Assembly: GCA_963796965.1 (NCBI GenBank)
Contig: CAWCNS010000005.1
Coordinates: 1,188,592 to 1,252,591 of the forward strand
Source: Calditrichia bacterium
GTDB lineage: Bacteria; Calditrichota; Calditrichia; JAJRVZ01
Direction of reading: 5' to 3'
Length of the DNA stretch: 64,000 nucleotides
This document shows positions 32,684-42,983 of the stretch, in pieces. Position numbers and translations under genes: made by a program. The notes under the pieces are model-generated. The model had not been told where the DNA came from. It was given only the letters and a program-made list of their open reading frames with translations, and did no database searches. Positions within the stretch are counted from its first letter, which is position 1, and each line of letters starts with the position of its first letter.

Positions 32684-32989
32684 TGGTGCTGGAGGCGGGA
32701 TTTGTCCGTCATAGCCGGATCCCGATATCCTTATATAATTTTGATAATTGAGATCGGGAAACCCGCACACCCACCAGAATAAACTCTAAGCACGAAATTC
32801 TAAATTCTAAAAAATATCAAATTACCAAATCCAAAACGATCTGGAGATTGATTATAGAGAATTGGGATTTATTTAATAATTGGGATTTGGAATTTAATTA
32901 GGATTTAGAACTTAGAATTTCGAATTTACAAAAAATCCGCCAACCGGCGGATTTTTTGTTGTGGGCACTACCCGCTTAAAACTAAGCGT
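32684..32989 (-). pseudogene. 3' half of a tRNA-Leu (long variable arm), interrupted by two insertions; probable att site
   Basis: Plus strand TGGTGCTGGAGGCGGGATTTG [insert 32705-32759] AACCCGCACACCC [insert 32773-32962] GGGCACTACCC is the reverse complement of CCA end, acceptor strand, T arm, variable arm and 3' anticodon stem. There is no 5' half. Confidence 0.7.
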
Positions 32990-33196
32990 AAATAAAAAAT
33001 TAAGGACGCATATCCTATTGTATTTTAAGTCTTTATGTGCTTTAAATTTGCGACCCATTTCTAAGCCCATGTATCCATGAATGTGAACCATTTTTGCAAA
33101 ATATCAAGTTTAATTAGTAATATGTTAAACGAAATAATTTCAACATTTTATTAGTTCCGTGGAAAAATATCTGATCTGACTCTTATTCCTGGCCTG

Positions 33197-34384
33197 TTAG
33201 CCGCTGATTACTTTAACCAATTCCGAAAACAACTCAGCCAGTGAATATTTAGTAAAGATCAGGGGGAAAAAAGGGATCAGGAGCATCAGCATGCTTATAA
33301 GCAGTGCGTTACGGTTGATAGGAATTACTGTCATCGCCTTGACTGCCTGTTGATAGCTGCCGTTGATATCGGCCATGGACGAATTATCAAGACTGGGCAG
33401 GAGATTATCATCTTCTGGCATATTCCCCTCCATCCACTTTTCCCGGTATAAATTATTGTGATACTGGATCAAACTGCCAAACCTGTAAATGCCGTTGACT
33501 TTTGTCCTGATCAGCAACGGGATAAAGGACAGTAGCGGCAAATGGACAATCAATGGAATGGCAATGGCAAAAGCGATGATCTGAAGAACGAAGTCGTCAA
33601 GGATCTTACCATGGTAGATGATATATTCACCAATGGTTGCCGCAAATATCGCTGACAGGGCCAGACTTACGATACAAAAGGCCGCCGGAACCACGTTCAG
33701 ATACTCCAGCCCGGCCGACTGGTCGGCATGGCTTGCTTCAATCCGTAAATTCATTCTTGAAATTCTGTATACTGTTATCGCCCAGATGATCCAGCGCCAG
33801 AACCAGCGGGCCAGCAGGAGCTGGTAAACCGGCATGGAAACGATAATGTAATAAATAGCCGAGAGATTAATATCAGAGGCACTGTCGGTTATTGAAATTC
33901 GCGCATTATTCACCGTTATATTTCCCCAATTGAAGAGGAGCACACCATAGATCAAGAGCAGGAAGAAAATTTCCGGGATCCATGAATCGGACATTTTTTC
34001 TGTCTGTGTTTCGATTTTTCGGAAAGTAGCCTCCTCTTTGGGTGGGATCAACCTTCGGGTTGAGTTCATATAGCCATTAAATGCCGGATCAATCATTTTC
34101 TCCACCCAGATCAGAAAAGGCACCACCACAAGCAGCCGGATGTGCAGTAGAAAATCCTGGGCAACCCCCAGCTGCCCGTCTTCACCGAGAAAGGTGCCAT
34201 CAGTGAAGGATAGTATGATCAGTGGCAGCCAGCCTAATAGAGAAAAAACGATCGACCGTAGTAATAATCGCTGCTTACCATGTTTTAGGATACCCAGTTT
34301 TAATAGCAGTGAATAGATCAGACCACCACTCACCAGAGAATATGTTTTATCCTCATTCCAGCTGATAAATTTTTCTTCCTGCAT
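33197..34384 (-). CDS. Multi-pass membrane protein of unknown function
   Basis: 395 aa ORF with many hydrophobic helices; GAGGAG RBS. Confidence 0.75.
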   Translation of the reverse strand: MQEEKFISWNEDKTYSLVSGGLIYSLLLKLGILKHGKQRLLLRSIVFSLLGWLPLIILSFTDGTFLGEDGQLGVAQDFLLHIRLLVVVPFLIWVEKMIDPAFNGYMNSTRRLIPPKEEATFRKIETQTEKMSDSWIPEIFFLLLIYGVLLFNWGNITVNNARISITDSASDINLSAIYYIIVSMPVYQLLLARWFWRWIIWAITVYRISRMNLRIEASHADQSAGLEYLNVVPAAFCIVSLALSAIFAATIGEYIIYHGKILDDFVLQIIAFAIAIPLIVHLPLLSFIPLLIRTKVNGIYRFGSLIQYHNNLYREKWMEGNMPEDDNLLPSLDNSSMADINGSYQQAVKAMTVIPINRNALLISMLMLLIPFFPLIFTKYSLAELFSELVKVISG

Positions 34385-34452
34385 TTTACAACACTCCTCA
34401 AAATCAGATGTATTTCATTATATCTTCTTTCCGGCAAAGCCGGGATCAAGGA

Positions 34453-34938
34453 CTACTCATTTTCTGAATATTCCTTCAAGTGCATCAGATACTCATAAAC
34501 GAGGTCATCGATCTGCTTAATAATGATATAAATTCTTTCGATAAATATGCCGATAAAAAACAGATAAACAGCATCACTAATCCAGATAACATCTATCGCC
34601 TTAAAAACCCTGGCAGCGGCAAAATATCTGACAAAAATCGTAATCAATATCATAACAAACGCCGAAATACCCAAATGAAATTCTATCATTTGCTCACTTT
34701 TATTGAAGCGGATCCTGTTGGTAAACTGATATACTTTTCCTGCCACTGCACCGGCAAGTGTAAATAAGATATAGTAAAATGGGAGATCTTGTGTAAAAGA
34801 ATCATAGATTACCATGACGAAGAGTAAGCCCACCATAAACGAACTTATAAATTTGGAACGAATAATTTTACTGCTGACATAGCGATGATAAAATCTGTTT
34901 TTTGGCTTGATCTTGTGGCTCATCATTCCCCACGGCAA
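34453..34938 (-). CDS. Small membrane protein (about 4 TM)
   Basis: Hydrophobic ORF co-oriented with its neighbours; start uncertain. Confidence 0.6.
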   Translation of the reverse strand: MPWGMMSHKIKPKNRFYHRYVSSKIIRSKFISSFMVGLLFVMVIYDSFTQDLPFYYILFTLAGAVAGKVYQFTNRIRFNKSEQMIEFHLGISAFVMILITIFVRYFAAARVFKAIDVIWISDAVYLFFIGIFIERIYIIIKQIDDLVYEYLMHLKEYSENE

Positions 34939-35017
34939 TTATTTTGACCTAAATTACATTTGTCTTCGGGTTCGATACATACATTATGCTTTTTTCCAGA
35001 CTCTGCTCACTTATCCC

Positions 35018-37249
35018 TTAAAAGACAAGACTTGCCCCCAGATTAATCGTTTCCAGTCGGAGCGGTGTATCGGTTTGGAACGGCCAGTTCATATCTTTCT
35101 TTCGCAGGGAATAATAACCATACAGATATGCAGATTTGAGTACAAAATTTATAATTGGCCCGAGAACAGGCTGACTGTTGACAAAATCATCGGCAAGGTA
35201 GCCGATCAGCCCGTAGCCGACCTCGGCCAGTACAAAACTGCCAGTCCATTTCCAGAACTGATGCCGGGGATAAATTACCGCCGTCTCATAGTAGGCATTC
35301 AGCTGGACCAGGGAAGATATCTCCACCTTGATACCATAAAGGGCCCGGTCCCCGAAGCGAAATTTTCCCGGATATTGGGCCAGTATAGTAGAATCATTCC
35401 GTGCATTCTCCCCGCTACCCGCATCAAAATCAGTCAGCCTCGTCCAGACAAAAGCCTGACCCACGTATGGTGATATGGAAAAATCATGGCCCGCCGTATA
35501 ACCGATACCATCATTGGTGCCAACTCCAAAGCGGTACGACTTTGTAGTGATCTCATCTCCTGCCGCCTCTGCCGGATGGATAGCGTTGTTCAAAAAAGAT
35601 ATAAACAGATACCGGTTATTGAGCTCCACATTCGCATCCGAAAATTTGTCAATCTCGCTGCGCCCTACTTTAAATTCAAGATTACCAACCGGGGCAAAGG
35701 AATTTCCGACATCCGCATGAATTGGTGCACCGACGCCGTAATTGAGATCATACATCTGGCGTGATTTAAACCAGAAATCTTTTACATGCTCGTCAAATAT
35801 ATCCTTGTATACCGGAAACTGGTCCAGTTCGAGGAATGGCCGTTTACCCTGTTCGAGATCCAGCTCCATGCCTTCCGTATAACGCAGCTGCTGCAATCCC
35901 ATCTTATAATAGGGCACATCAAGTAATATATAGTCAGGAAATATCTCATTTTCACGAAGAAAATTGATTCGCCAATCCTTGGCAAATGTCCAGTAACATA
36001 ATTTGTAATCAAGTGCCTCACTGAGTGAATCAACCATGTTCATTTTGGACTTCGCTTTATCCTCTGAGTCAAGCGCCAACAGCCAGTTGGCACCAAAGGA
36101 AACAGTATTATGGGATTTTCGTGGTTCACCCACGGCTTCCGGAAAAAAATCGGTCCAGTGCCCCGGCTGCGCCGGTTCTGTACCGATAGATCCTTCGATG
36201 GCGATATCAGAGCCGGGAACCAGTTTCCTCAGTCCCCGGGCAACCCCTTCGGTTCGGGTCAGAAATAATATTTTTTTTTGCTGTTCTTCGGTCAGTCCGG
36301 TAAAATCAAGGGACGCTGCACTGAGAATATCCTCCTCTTTATCCGGCTTCACATCAACGACAATCGTATGGAGCCGGTCGTCATCGAGAAATTCATCCAA
36401 TATTTCTTTCAGCGACGACATGGGTGCGGCGATAAAGGCCGGTCTGGCAGAGGATCTCTTCTCCGGGATCGGCGCACTCTGAACCACCAGAATATCTTTA
36501 AAATCTTCCAGATTTTTTTCAGCCACAGATCCACGCACCGTAGTGGCCACTCTGAGATCTTCATCATGGCTGACGATAAAACGTTTATCTTTGGTCAACC
36601 GCACATCCAGTTCAAATCCCTCATAACCGGCACGCAGTGCATTCTCGAAGCCCGGTATGGTATTGGCCGGATAAATGCCCTCATAATTTGACGGCGGCTG
36701 GTAACACAAACCACGGTGGGCGATGGTGATCGTTTTAACCTGTGGTTTCCAGATATATGGTGCATAATATTGCAGCTGGACATGTTCTGTTTTCCCGACC
36801 GGTGTCATCAATCTTAGATTTATCTTATCATGGTCGATAGATTCAATGACCATCGCGCCGGAATTTTCTTCATTTTCTGCCTGGTACCAGTAGTGGGAAA
36901 CCCGGCCATTCACCTGCTTACTGGTGATATAAAAATCTGGCAGGAAGGAACCTTTGATTCCGGTAAAAAAGGATCCTTCAATAAAAAACTGGTCCTTATA
37001 TAGGTAAAGCATGTTTCCCAAAAATGGATTTCCCGGTGAGGGATTTATTTCGCCATTGGCCAGACTATAGATGGTATAAAAACCGGTGTTAAGCGCCGGT
37101 GTTTCATCCTGCAAGGGTGGTGCCTGCAGCAGTACATTATGGCCGCTGCAGCTGCTGAAAAAAATTATTACCGTTAAGGATGATATCAGAATTCCAATCC
37201 ACTTAATATTTTCTTTTAATTTATGTATTAACATAACGTAATTGTTCAT
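35018..37249 (-). CDS. Glycerophosphodiester phosphodiesterase domain lipoprotein with C-terminal beta-barrel-like domain
   Basis: Lipobox FFSSC; IAHRG, NTIPGF, FELDVRLTKD...VSHD; amphipathic C-terminus ending LGASLVF. Confidence 0.8.
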   Translation of the reverse strand: MNNYVMLIHKLKENIKWIGILISSLTVIIFFSSCSGHNVLLQAPPLQDETPALNTGFYTIYSLANGEINPSPGNPFLGNMLYLYKDQFFIEGSFFTGIKGSFLPDFYITSKQVNGRVSHYWYQAENEENSGAMVIESIDHDKINLRLMTPVGKTEHVQLQYYAPYIWKPQVKTITIAHRGLCYQPPSNYEGIYPANTIPGFENALRAGYEGFELDVRLTKDKRFIVSHDEDLRVATTVRGSVAEKNLEDFKDILVVQSAPIPEKRSSARPAFIAAPMSSLKEILDEFLDDDRLHTIVVDVKPDKEEDILSAASLDFTGLTEEQQKKILFLTRTEGVARGLRKLVPGSDIAIEGSIGTEPAQPGHWTDFFPEAVGEPRKSHNTVSFGANWLLALDSEDKAKSKMNMVDSLSEALDYKLCYWTFAKDWRINFLRENEIFPDYILLDVPYYKMGLQQLRYTEGMELDLEQGKRPFLELDQFPVYKDIFDEHVKDFWFKSRQMYDLNYGVGAPIHADVGNSFAPVGNLEFKVGRSEIDKFSDANVELNNRYLFISFLNNAIHPAEAAGDEITTKSYRFGVGTNDGIGYTAGHDFSISPYVGQAFVWTRLTDFDAGSGENARNDSTILAQYPGKFRFGDRALYGIKVEISSLVQLNAYYETAVIYPRHQFWKWTGSFVLAEVGYGLIGYLADDFVNSQPVLGPIINFVLKSAYLYGYYSLRKKDMNWPFQTDTPLRLETINLGASLVF

Positions 37250-37262
37250 TGTTAACCTCTTG

Positions 37263-37604
37263 TCAACTCGCGCGATTGTCTTCATGACCGGTTTTCCTGT
37301 CTAACTGGCGGCGGGTGAGACCCTGAGCAACTTTGCTCACAATTCCCACAAATATTCCGATCCCACCGATGGCGAAAATAATTGTAAATATTTTTGATAT
37401 ATCTTTTTGAGGGGTAATATCACCATATCCGATAGTGGAAATGGTCATAATACAAAAATAAATCGAGTCAACTACACGCCAGTTTTCAACCAGGCTGTAA
37501 AAAGCGGTTCCGGTCAGCAGAAGGACAAAAAGAATATAGAACAGGGCGCGAAACTCCTCATCCTTTTTCCAAAGTTTTTTTATAATCAAGATTATACTTA
37601 TCAT
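37263..37604 (-). CDS. Minimal 2-TM potassium channel family protein
   Basis: DSIYFCIMTISTIGYGDITP selectivity filter between two TM helices. Confidence 0.9.
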   Translation of the reverse strand: MISIILIIKKLWKKDEEFRALFYILFVLLLTGTAFYSLVENWRVVDSIYFCIMTISTIGYGDITPQKDISKIFTIIFAIGGIGIFVGIVSKVAQGLTRRQLDRKTGHEDNRAS

Positions 37605-37744
37605 GATATGAATTTTATTTTTGTCATTATTTGAGCTGTTCTTTGCGGTTCAACAAATGGTTAGTCTGATTTTCCCATTAAGATACCGGTGATAAAATTG
37701 TTTTTTATGTTTAGTGTCGATTTCATTTCTAGCGACCATAGCCC

Positions 37745-39055
37745 TTAGGTAATATCTGCCTCAGCTGCATGAATCACCGTTTTTTCAGCAATTGCCGAAT
37801 CTATAGAGGACCGTTTACGTGATACCATTAAATGTTGTATCAGCGTTAATTCAATTTCAGGTGATTTATCGATTTTACAATAGTCAATTATTATATCTGT
37901 GTCTTCGGCATATACCCGAAAATAGTTCAGACAGAAAACAGGGACATAGATCGATGGAAGTATGCCAAAACGCGGTGGTGTACGTTCGAATCGTTTTAAC
38001 CAGGTACCCGTATTTATTACCAGGCGGTCATCTATTTGTTGCAAGGACGGTTTATGTGTATGGCCGTAAATAAAGGCAACGATGTCCTGATTTTCGGTGA
38101 ACACTTTTCCGGCGGCATGAATATATGAATCCTCTTTTTCACCTGTTAATTGTGCCGGATCCAGCTCGATTCCAAATCGTATCAAAGTCCTTTTTAAATC
38201 CCTTAGAATAAAACCAAGCGGTAATGATAAAGCGAGTGCCATCAGTAATACAACGGCATTTATCATCAGTATAATTTGAAAAAGACTTCCTACCATTCCC
38301 AGAGAATTAAAAAAACTGTTATCAAGAAAAATATTCGTGCCGGTTATGTTGAAATATTCAAGAAAAGCCCCGGCCAGTACAAACAGGGTCAGACCGGAAA
38401 GTAATAAAAAGGGCATTGCCAACCAGCGTAAGAGCGGACTCATTTCGTGGTAAAAGTAGTTGGACATTATCCAATCGGGAATCATCTCTGTCGGATAGAC
38501 GGATTGAATATCTTTAAGCCAATTATGACGCCCGCGACCGGAGAGCCGCCCGGCCTTTCCAACCATGTTACTTGTGATAAAGTAACCCACAGGCAGAGCA
38601 TAAGGATCACCAAAACTGGGCGAGCAGTTAGCTTCATCATATTGACTGCCGTGTTCTATCCACAAGCGTCTATTGGCAATACTGCGCGTTATCGCTGGCG
38701 CCTGTTCAAGCCGAATGTTGTATTTTTTTAACGCTTTAACAAAATCAGGATAGCAGGCAAGTTCATAGTCATGATTACCCGGCAAAAGGGTTATTTTAAT
38801 TTTTTCGCCGGCTCTGTAAAAAGCGTTGAAGATGTTTGGAAATTGGTTGATGATTGCATTGAATTTATCGATACCATGAATATTTGTTAGCTCCCACAAA
38901 CCAAAGGCATCGCCGATAATAATCAGTTCTATATCCTTTTTCTTATTTGCAATCTCATCCAGAAAGCGGATCAGTTCAGCTTCAAAATCACAAACACCGA
39001 GCGCCTCATCGCCGCCAATGTGCAGATCACTTATGAAATAATATGTTATAGACAT
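37745..39055 (-). CDS. Calcineurin-like metallophosphoesterase with internal TM helices
   Basis: SDLHIG, GDAF, GNHD, EHG, YGHTH and NTGTW motifs. Confidence 0.88.
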   Translation of the reverse strand: MSITYYFISDLHIGGDEALGVCDFEAELIRFLDEIANKKKDIELIIIGDAFGLWELTNIHGIDKFNAIINQFPNIFNAFYRAGEKIKITLLPGNHDYELACYPDFVKALKKYNIRLEQAPAITRSIANRRLWIEHGSQYDEANCSPSFGDPYALPVGYFITSNMVGKAGRLSGRGRHNWLKDIQSVYPTEMIPDWIMSNYFYHEMSPLLRWLAMPFLLLSGLTLFVLAGAFLEYFNITGTNIFLDNSFFNSLGMVGSLFQIILMINAVVLLMALALSLPLGFILRDLKRTLIRFGIELDPAQLTGEKEDSYIHAAGKVFTENQDIVAFIYGHTHKPSLQQIDDRLVINTGTWLKRFERTPPRFGILPSIYVPVFCLNYFRVYAEDTDIIIDYCKIDKSPEIELTLIQHLMVSRKRSSIDSAIAEKTVIHAAEADIT

Positions 39056-39158
39056 GCTTTTCCCAACTTGACATTATGAGTTTACAAGATTAGTGATCCA
39101 ATTGCTGAATGTATAATTAGTTATATACGCTACCTGTGGATTTGGTCCAACAATATCA

Positions 39159-40181
39159 TTATGGTACGACGGTTTTTACCACGTTACCCGCCAGATTGCC
39201 GGCGATGCCGGCAACATCTATCATTGGCGGAACCGGGATCCCGGCCCCGAGATTTTTGTGCGCTCTGGCCCAGATGGTAAGGGATGTCCGGGCCACCAGA
39301 ATTTTGCTATCTATCTCATTGCGCCAGGCAACCACCTCATCCTGCTTGACAATATATTCCACTTTGATATCATCCAATTGCTGAAGCAGTAACTCAACTT
39401 CTTTTACCTGTCCCAGTAGAAAATTTTCTGCTTGTACCAGATTATCATGATTCGCTTTATCCGCTGAAGGTATAAAGTAGCGTAGCGAAGCATTCTCCTC
39501 AAGCAGTTTTTTCAGTTCCGATTGATCACCGATCCGGGCATTATACAGCCTGGTAACGGACAACATCAGCTCTTCCTGGAGTTTATGGAGCCGTTTATAA
39601 TTTTCCCTGACGGCTTTATAGTCGTCTTCAATCCCCTTGTCAAATCCGGCAATAATTAATGGGATCAGATTCTGGAATTCATCGATCCGCTCCAGCACCT
39701 CCGTAACCACACTGTTTACGATCGGTTCCGCGGCCGACAGGCCATCAAGATAGGTTTTTGCGTTTTTGATATTTTCCAGAATAGTTTTGGCTGTGCTTAT
39801 ATCCACACGCAGGCTGTCCGATCTTTTTTCTGCTAAAGTCTTTTCAATTTGTTCATTCAGATAACTGACCAGCATCCGGTTCTTATCTTTTTCCGATAAT
39901 CTGGCATTATTTATTGCCACCAGCTGATTGGAATAGTAGATAATCCCTTTCAGGGATTTGAGGATCGGCGCGGCTATCATTCGTGCCTTTTGTAATTCCG
40001 GCATCGTCGTATATGTTTGCAGATTTTTGTACTGAAACGGCCTTTCAATTTTGATCGCTTCGGCAAAAAGCGTACGGGTATTTTCGGCAAACGGAGACAT
40101 GTCCATTTTGCGTGAGCCTTGAAAAACAGAACAGCTCGTAAGCATTACAGAAAACAATACCACCAGACTGAGTAATTTCAT
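39159..40181 (-). CDS. Hypothetical helical lipoprotein
   Basis: Lipobox MLTSC; 340 aa. Confidence 0.7.
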   Translation of the reverse strand: MKLLSLVVLFSVMLTSCSVFQGSRKMDMSPFAENTRTLFAEAIKIERPFQYKNLQTYTTMPELQKARMIAAPILKSLKGIIYYSNQLVAINNARLSEKDKNRMLVSYLNEQIEKTLAEKRSDSLRVDISTAKTILENIKNAKTYLDGLSAAEPIVNSVVTEVLERIDEFQNLIPLIIAGFDKGIEDDYKAVRENYKRLHKLQEELMLSVTRLYNARIGDQSELKKLLEENASLRYFIPSADKANHDNLVQAENFLLGQVKEVELLLQQLDDIKVEYIVKQDEVVAWRNEIDSKILVARTSLTIWARAHKNLGAGIPVPPMIDVAGIAGNLAGNVVKTVVP

Positions 40182-40205
40182 CGTTTATCCCCTTATCCTT
40201 TTTTG

Positions 40206-40266
40206 GGTAGTGTAAAAAATAACCACCCCGTGCTAATCTGACTCCGTCAGACTTTACGGGGCAGGC
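40206..40266 (+). mobile_element. Partial MITE end with nested palindrome
   Basis: GGTAGTGTAAAAAATAACCACCCCGTGCTAATCTGACTCCGTCAGACTTTACGG is identical to the start of 44418-44546. Confidence 0.75.
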
Positions 40267-40318
40267 AAACTGCACAAATGTGTTAACACATGGTCAAGAC
40301 AACGCAAATATATCAGCA

Positions 40319-41389
40319 TTAATAGATCAGACGAAAATTATTGACGATCAAAGTGCTGTTTACACCACCCTCATAATATATTCCATTGGCGCTGGAGGCA
40401 AAGACGACAGATATATGGGTGATCTTATCATCTACATCGCCATATAAGTTGTTTACCGGTTTCTGGTAATCCGGTGTCTCTGCCGGCAACTGACCATAAA
40501 TAATATTCACATTGATGGTCTCAAAGTCGCTTTTATCAGCAAAACGGTACCATCCGGTACCAACCCGTTTTACTGCATTTTCATCTTCCCTGTTTTCAAG
40601 CAGCACATAAACATCAGCGGAATCTGTTTTATCCAGTGTTGTTCCGCGATTATCTTTATAGGGAGATCCAGCGGTATATTTCAAATCAACCGAAAAACCT
40701 TTTGGCTTGGCAGTAAAGGATACACCAAACCGGGCCGATGATGGCGGATCAAGAATATTCAAGACAAATGCACCCGTGAACAGTGTTGCCGAACCCATGC
40801 GCTGTCCGATCGCCAGGATCCCCAGATCCTTGGTTACCAGTTGGGCGGCATAATCTGAACTGCTGATCAACAACGGGGTTGTATTGTAATTATCCTCATT
40901 AAGTACGGTTACACCATTATTTGCGGTCGCCCAGATACTGTTTTCATCCAAACCCGGTTCCTGAAAATTCTTACCTGCAGGGGTGTACCAATCATCAAAT
41001 CCCGAGTTTTCCAGCTGTGGTTCAGCCCCTTCCTGTTTGACAGCTACAGCATAAACCGCTTTTTCCCCGTTCTCAGCGGTAACCGTATATTCCTGCGGAT
41101 CGCTGAAGTCGCGGGCAATATCAGCGGCGGGTGTAAGTGTGGCGAATGTTGACAGAACAACGGAATCCGGTCTTAAGGAAGTAATATCACTGGCCTGGGA
41201 AACGGTAAGGTAGATTTTCAGACTGTCCTGCCTGATGACCGTATTTCCAGTTTGGCCTTCCATAGAAAAGTATAAGATTTTCCTGAATTCGGATTTGCCG
41301 AAAAAAATCTCATCGACACATGAATTCAAAAACAAAACGGAAAACAGTGCTATAAAGATAAGGATGATTTGAAACTTATTTTTCATCAT
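40319..41389 (-). CDS. PCMD (putative carbohydrate metabolism domain) lipoprotein
   Basis: Lipobox LNSC, DFS.PQEYTVTAENG Ig-like module, NSGFDDW, WATANNG, LFTG and VFASS. Confidence 0.8.
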   Translation of the reverse strand: MMKNKFQIILIFIALFSVLFLNSCVDEIFFGKSEFRKILYFSMEGQTGNTVIRQDSLKIYLTVSQASDITSLRPDSVVLSTFATLTPAADIARDFSDPQEYTVTAENGEKAVYAVAVKQEGAEPQLENSGFDDWYTPAGKNFQEPGLDENSIWATANNGVTVLNEDNYNTTPLLISSSDYAAQLVTKDLGILAIGQRMGSATLFTGAFVLNILDPPSSARFGVSFTAKPKGFSVDLKYTAGSPYKDNRGTTLDKTDSADVYVLLENREDENAVKRVGTGWYRFADKSDFETINVNIIYGQLPAETPDYQKPVNNLYGDVDDKITHISVVFASSANGIYYEGGVNSTLIVNNFRLIY

Positions 41390-41400
41390 TTTTCTGTCTC

Positions 41401-42096
41401 TTAGTAATAATAGTAAAATCCTACGCCTAGCTTTAAAATATTTATATTGAAATCAGCAGAGACTAAAGACTCAGATGCACCAGCGACGCCGTTCACCTCG
41501 GTATCGGTCCATTGGATTATGATTCCGGCAATTTCCAATCCAACCTCGATGGCAAAACCCTTTTCGATCTGAACCATCAATCCCGGATAAAACAGCAGTT
41601 CGATCGATCTCCGTTGCGTATAGGCGCGTTCAAGAATATCGCTGGTCACTTTTTCGGTAAGCGAATTTTCGACTACACCGCCGAGTTTGATCATATTAAA
41701 TACATTAAAACGCTGTGAGGTATCAAGTGAAAAATAATTCCGCATCGTTGCATACACAGACCATCCGATGGTTCTGCTTTGAATATCGGAAAGGATATTC
41801 TGCGTACTGAGTTCTGTCCCTTTTCTGCTATCCGAAGAATAATTTATCAGGGCGCCCAGCGAAAAATGATCTTTTATAAAATAACCCTGGTCAAGATTGA
41901 TGTTGATGTTGTCTTTATGCTGATCATAAATTTTATAGACCACTACATCTTTATTATCCGTGTTTTTTACGGAAAAGTTAAAGGAAAGCCCGCTAAAGAA
42001 ATTTCCCTTTTCCAGTAAAGATCTTTCTGCATTCTGGCATATAACGGTCGCCGGAATGCTGAGTAGCCATAAAATGAGAATTATTTTTTTCATCAT
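41401..42096 (-). CDS. Outer-membrane beta-barrel protein
   Basis: Signal peptide, alternating strand pattern and C-terminal GVGFYYYY. Confidence 0.7.
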   Translation of the reverse strand: MMKKIILILWLLSIPATVICQNAERSLLEKGNFFSGLSFNFSVKNTDNKDVVVYKIYDQHKDNININLDQGYFIKDHFSLGALINYSSDSRKGTELSTQNILSDIQSRTIGWSVYATMRNYFSLDTSQRFNVFNMIKLGGVVENSLTEKVTSDILERAYTQRRSIELLFYPGLMVQIEKGFAIEVGLEIAGIIIQWTDTEVNGVAGASESLVSADFNINILKLGVGFYYYY

Positions 42097-42296
42097 TTTT
42101 TCTAAATAGTTTAATTACTATAGTTGTAGAAAATTATTGACCTGAGGCGTTCAGCATGGAATTGAACAGAAAAATACACCAGCTATATGCTGTATCTTAT
42201 CCGTACCCGATAACCACACAGAGGTACGCAGGTCATGGCATTTTCGATTTTACAGAAGCAGCATTCGTACGATATTTCTTTGCCGAATGGGTTCTC

Positions 42297-42890
42297 TTAT
42301 TCCTCCGGAGCATGAGTCCCGGCTTTTACAGCACTGCGCATCCGGATAGCGAAAAGCAACAATATGATCCCGCCAATCAGGGCAAAAATGCCTGCCATGG
42401 ACAATAGTACAAAAGATGAGAACAACGGATTGAAAACCAGAAGCAGGCCGAATAGAAGGGACATCAGGCCGCCAATGATCATCGACCATTCACCGCTTGC
42501 CTTGTGCAGCCGGAATCCACTGACCAGTGAAGATATACCGGAGACGATCGCCAAAAAACCAACCAGATAGGCAAAAAAGGTTGTGGTTAGCAGCGCACTT
42601 AGTACAGGTTGTGAGAGCACGGTCAGGCCGGCCAGTATGCTGATGATCCCTGTAAAAATAGCCCATCCCCAATGTTCCAGATTCTTGCGACCTCTAAGCG
42701 AGGCGATGACCGTAAAAATACCATCGATCAGCCAGTAAACCCCGATATAGATCATGATTACCATCAATAAAGCACCAGGATTGGCAAACAACAGAATGCC
42801 GAGTAGTATGGCGGCAATCGCCCGCAAAAGAACCAGCCACCAGATATCCGAAAGCATCTGATTAAGTACGTTCTTGGTTTCATTAGCCAT
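42297..42890 (-). CDS. HdeD / DUF308 family membrane protein
   Basis: WWLVLLRAIAAILLGIL..NP and duplicated G-rich TM repeats. Confidence 0.88.
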   Translation of the reverse strand: MANETKNVLNQMLSDIWWLVLLRAIAAILLGILLFANPGALLMVIMIYIGVYWLIDGIFTVIASLRGRKNLEHWGWAIFTGIISILAGLTVLSQPVLSALLTTTFFAYLVGFLAIVSGISSLVSGFRLHKASGEWSMIIGGLMSLLFGLLLVFNPLFSSFVLLSMAGIFALIGGIILLLFAIRMRSAVKAGTHAPEE

Positions 42891-42983
42891 GATTAATTCT
42901 CCCTTTTTAAATGAAGTTATTCTATGTATTATTTTTCTGTTTCCGGTATGAAATAATGCATCTTTAGTATTCCATCATCCCCG

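Noticed and set aside
32684..32989. Intron-containing functional tRNA
   Set aside because: The D arm and 5' acceptor strand are missing, and the inserts resemble repeat elements rather than group I introns.
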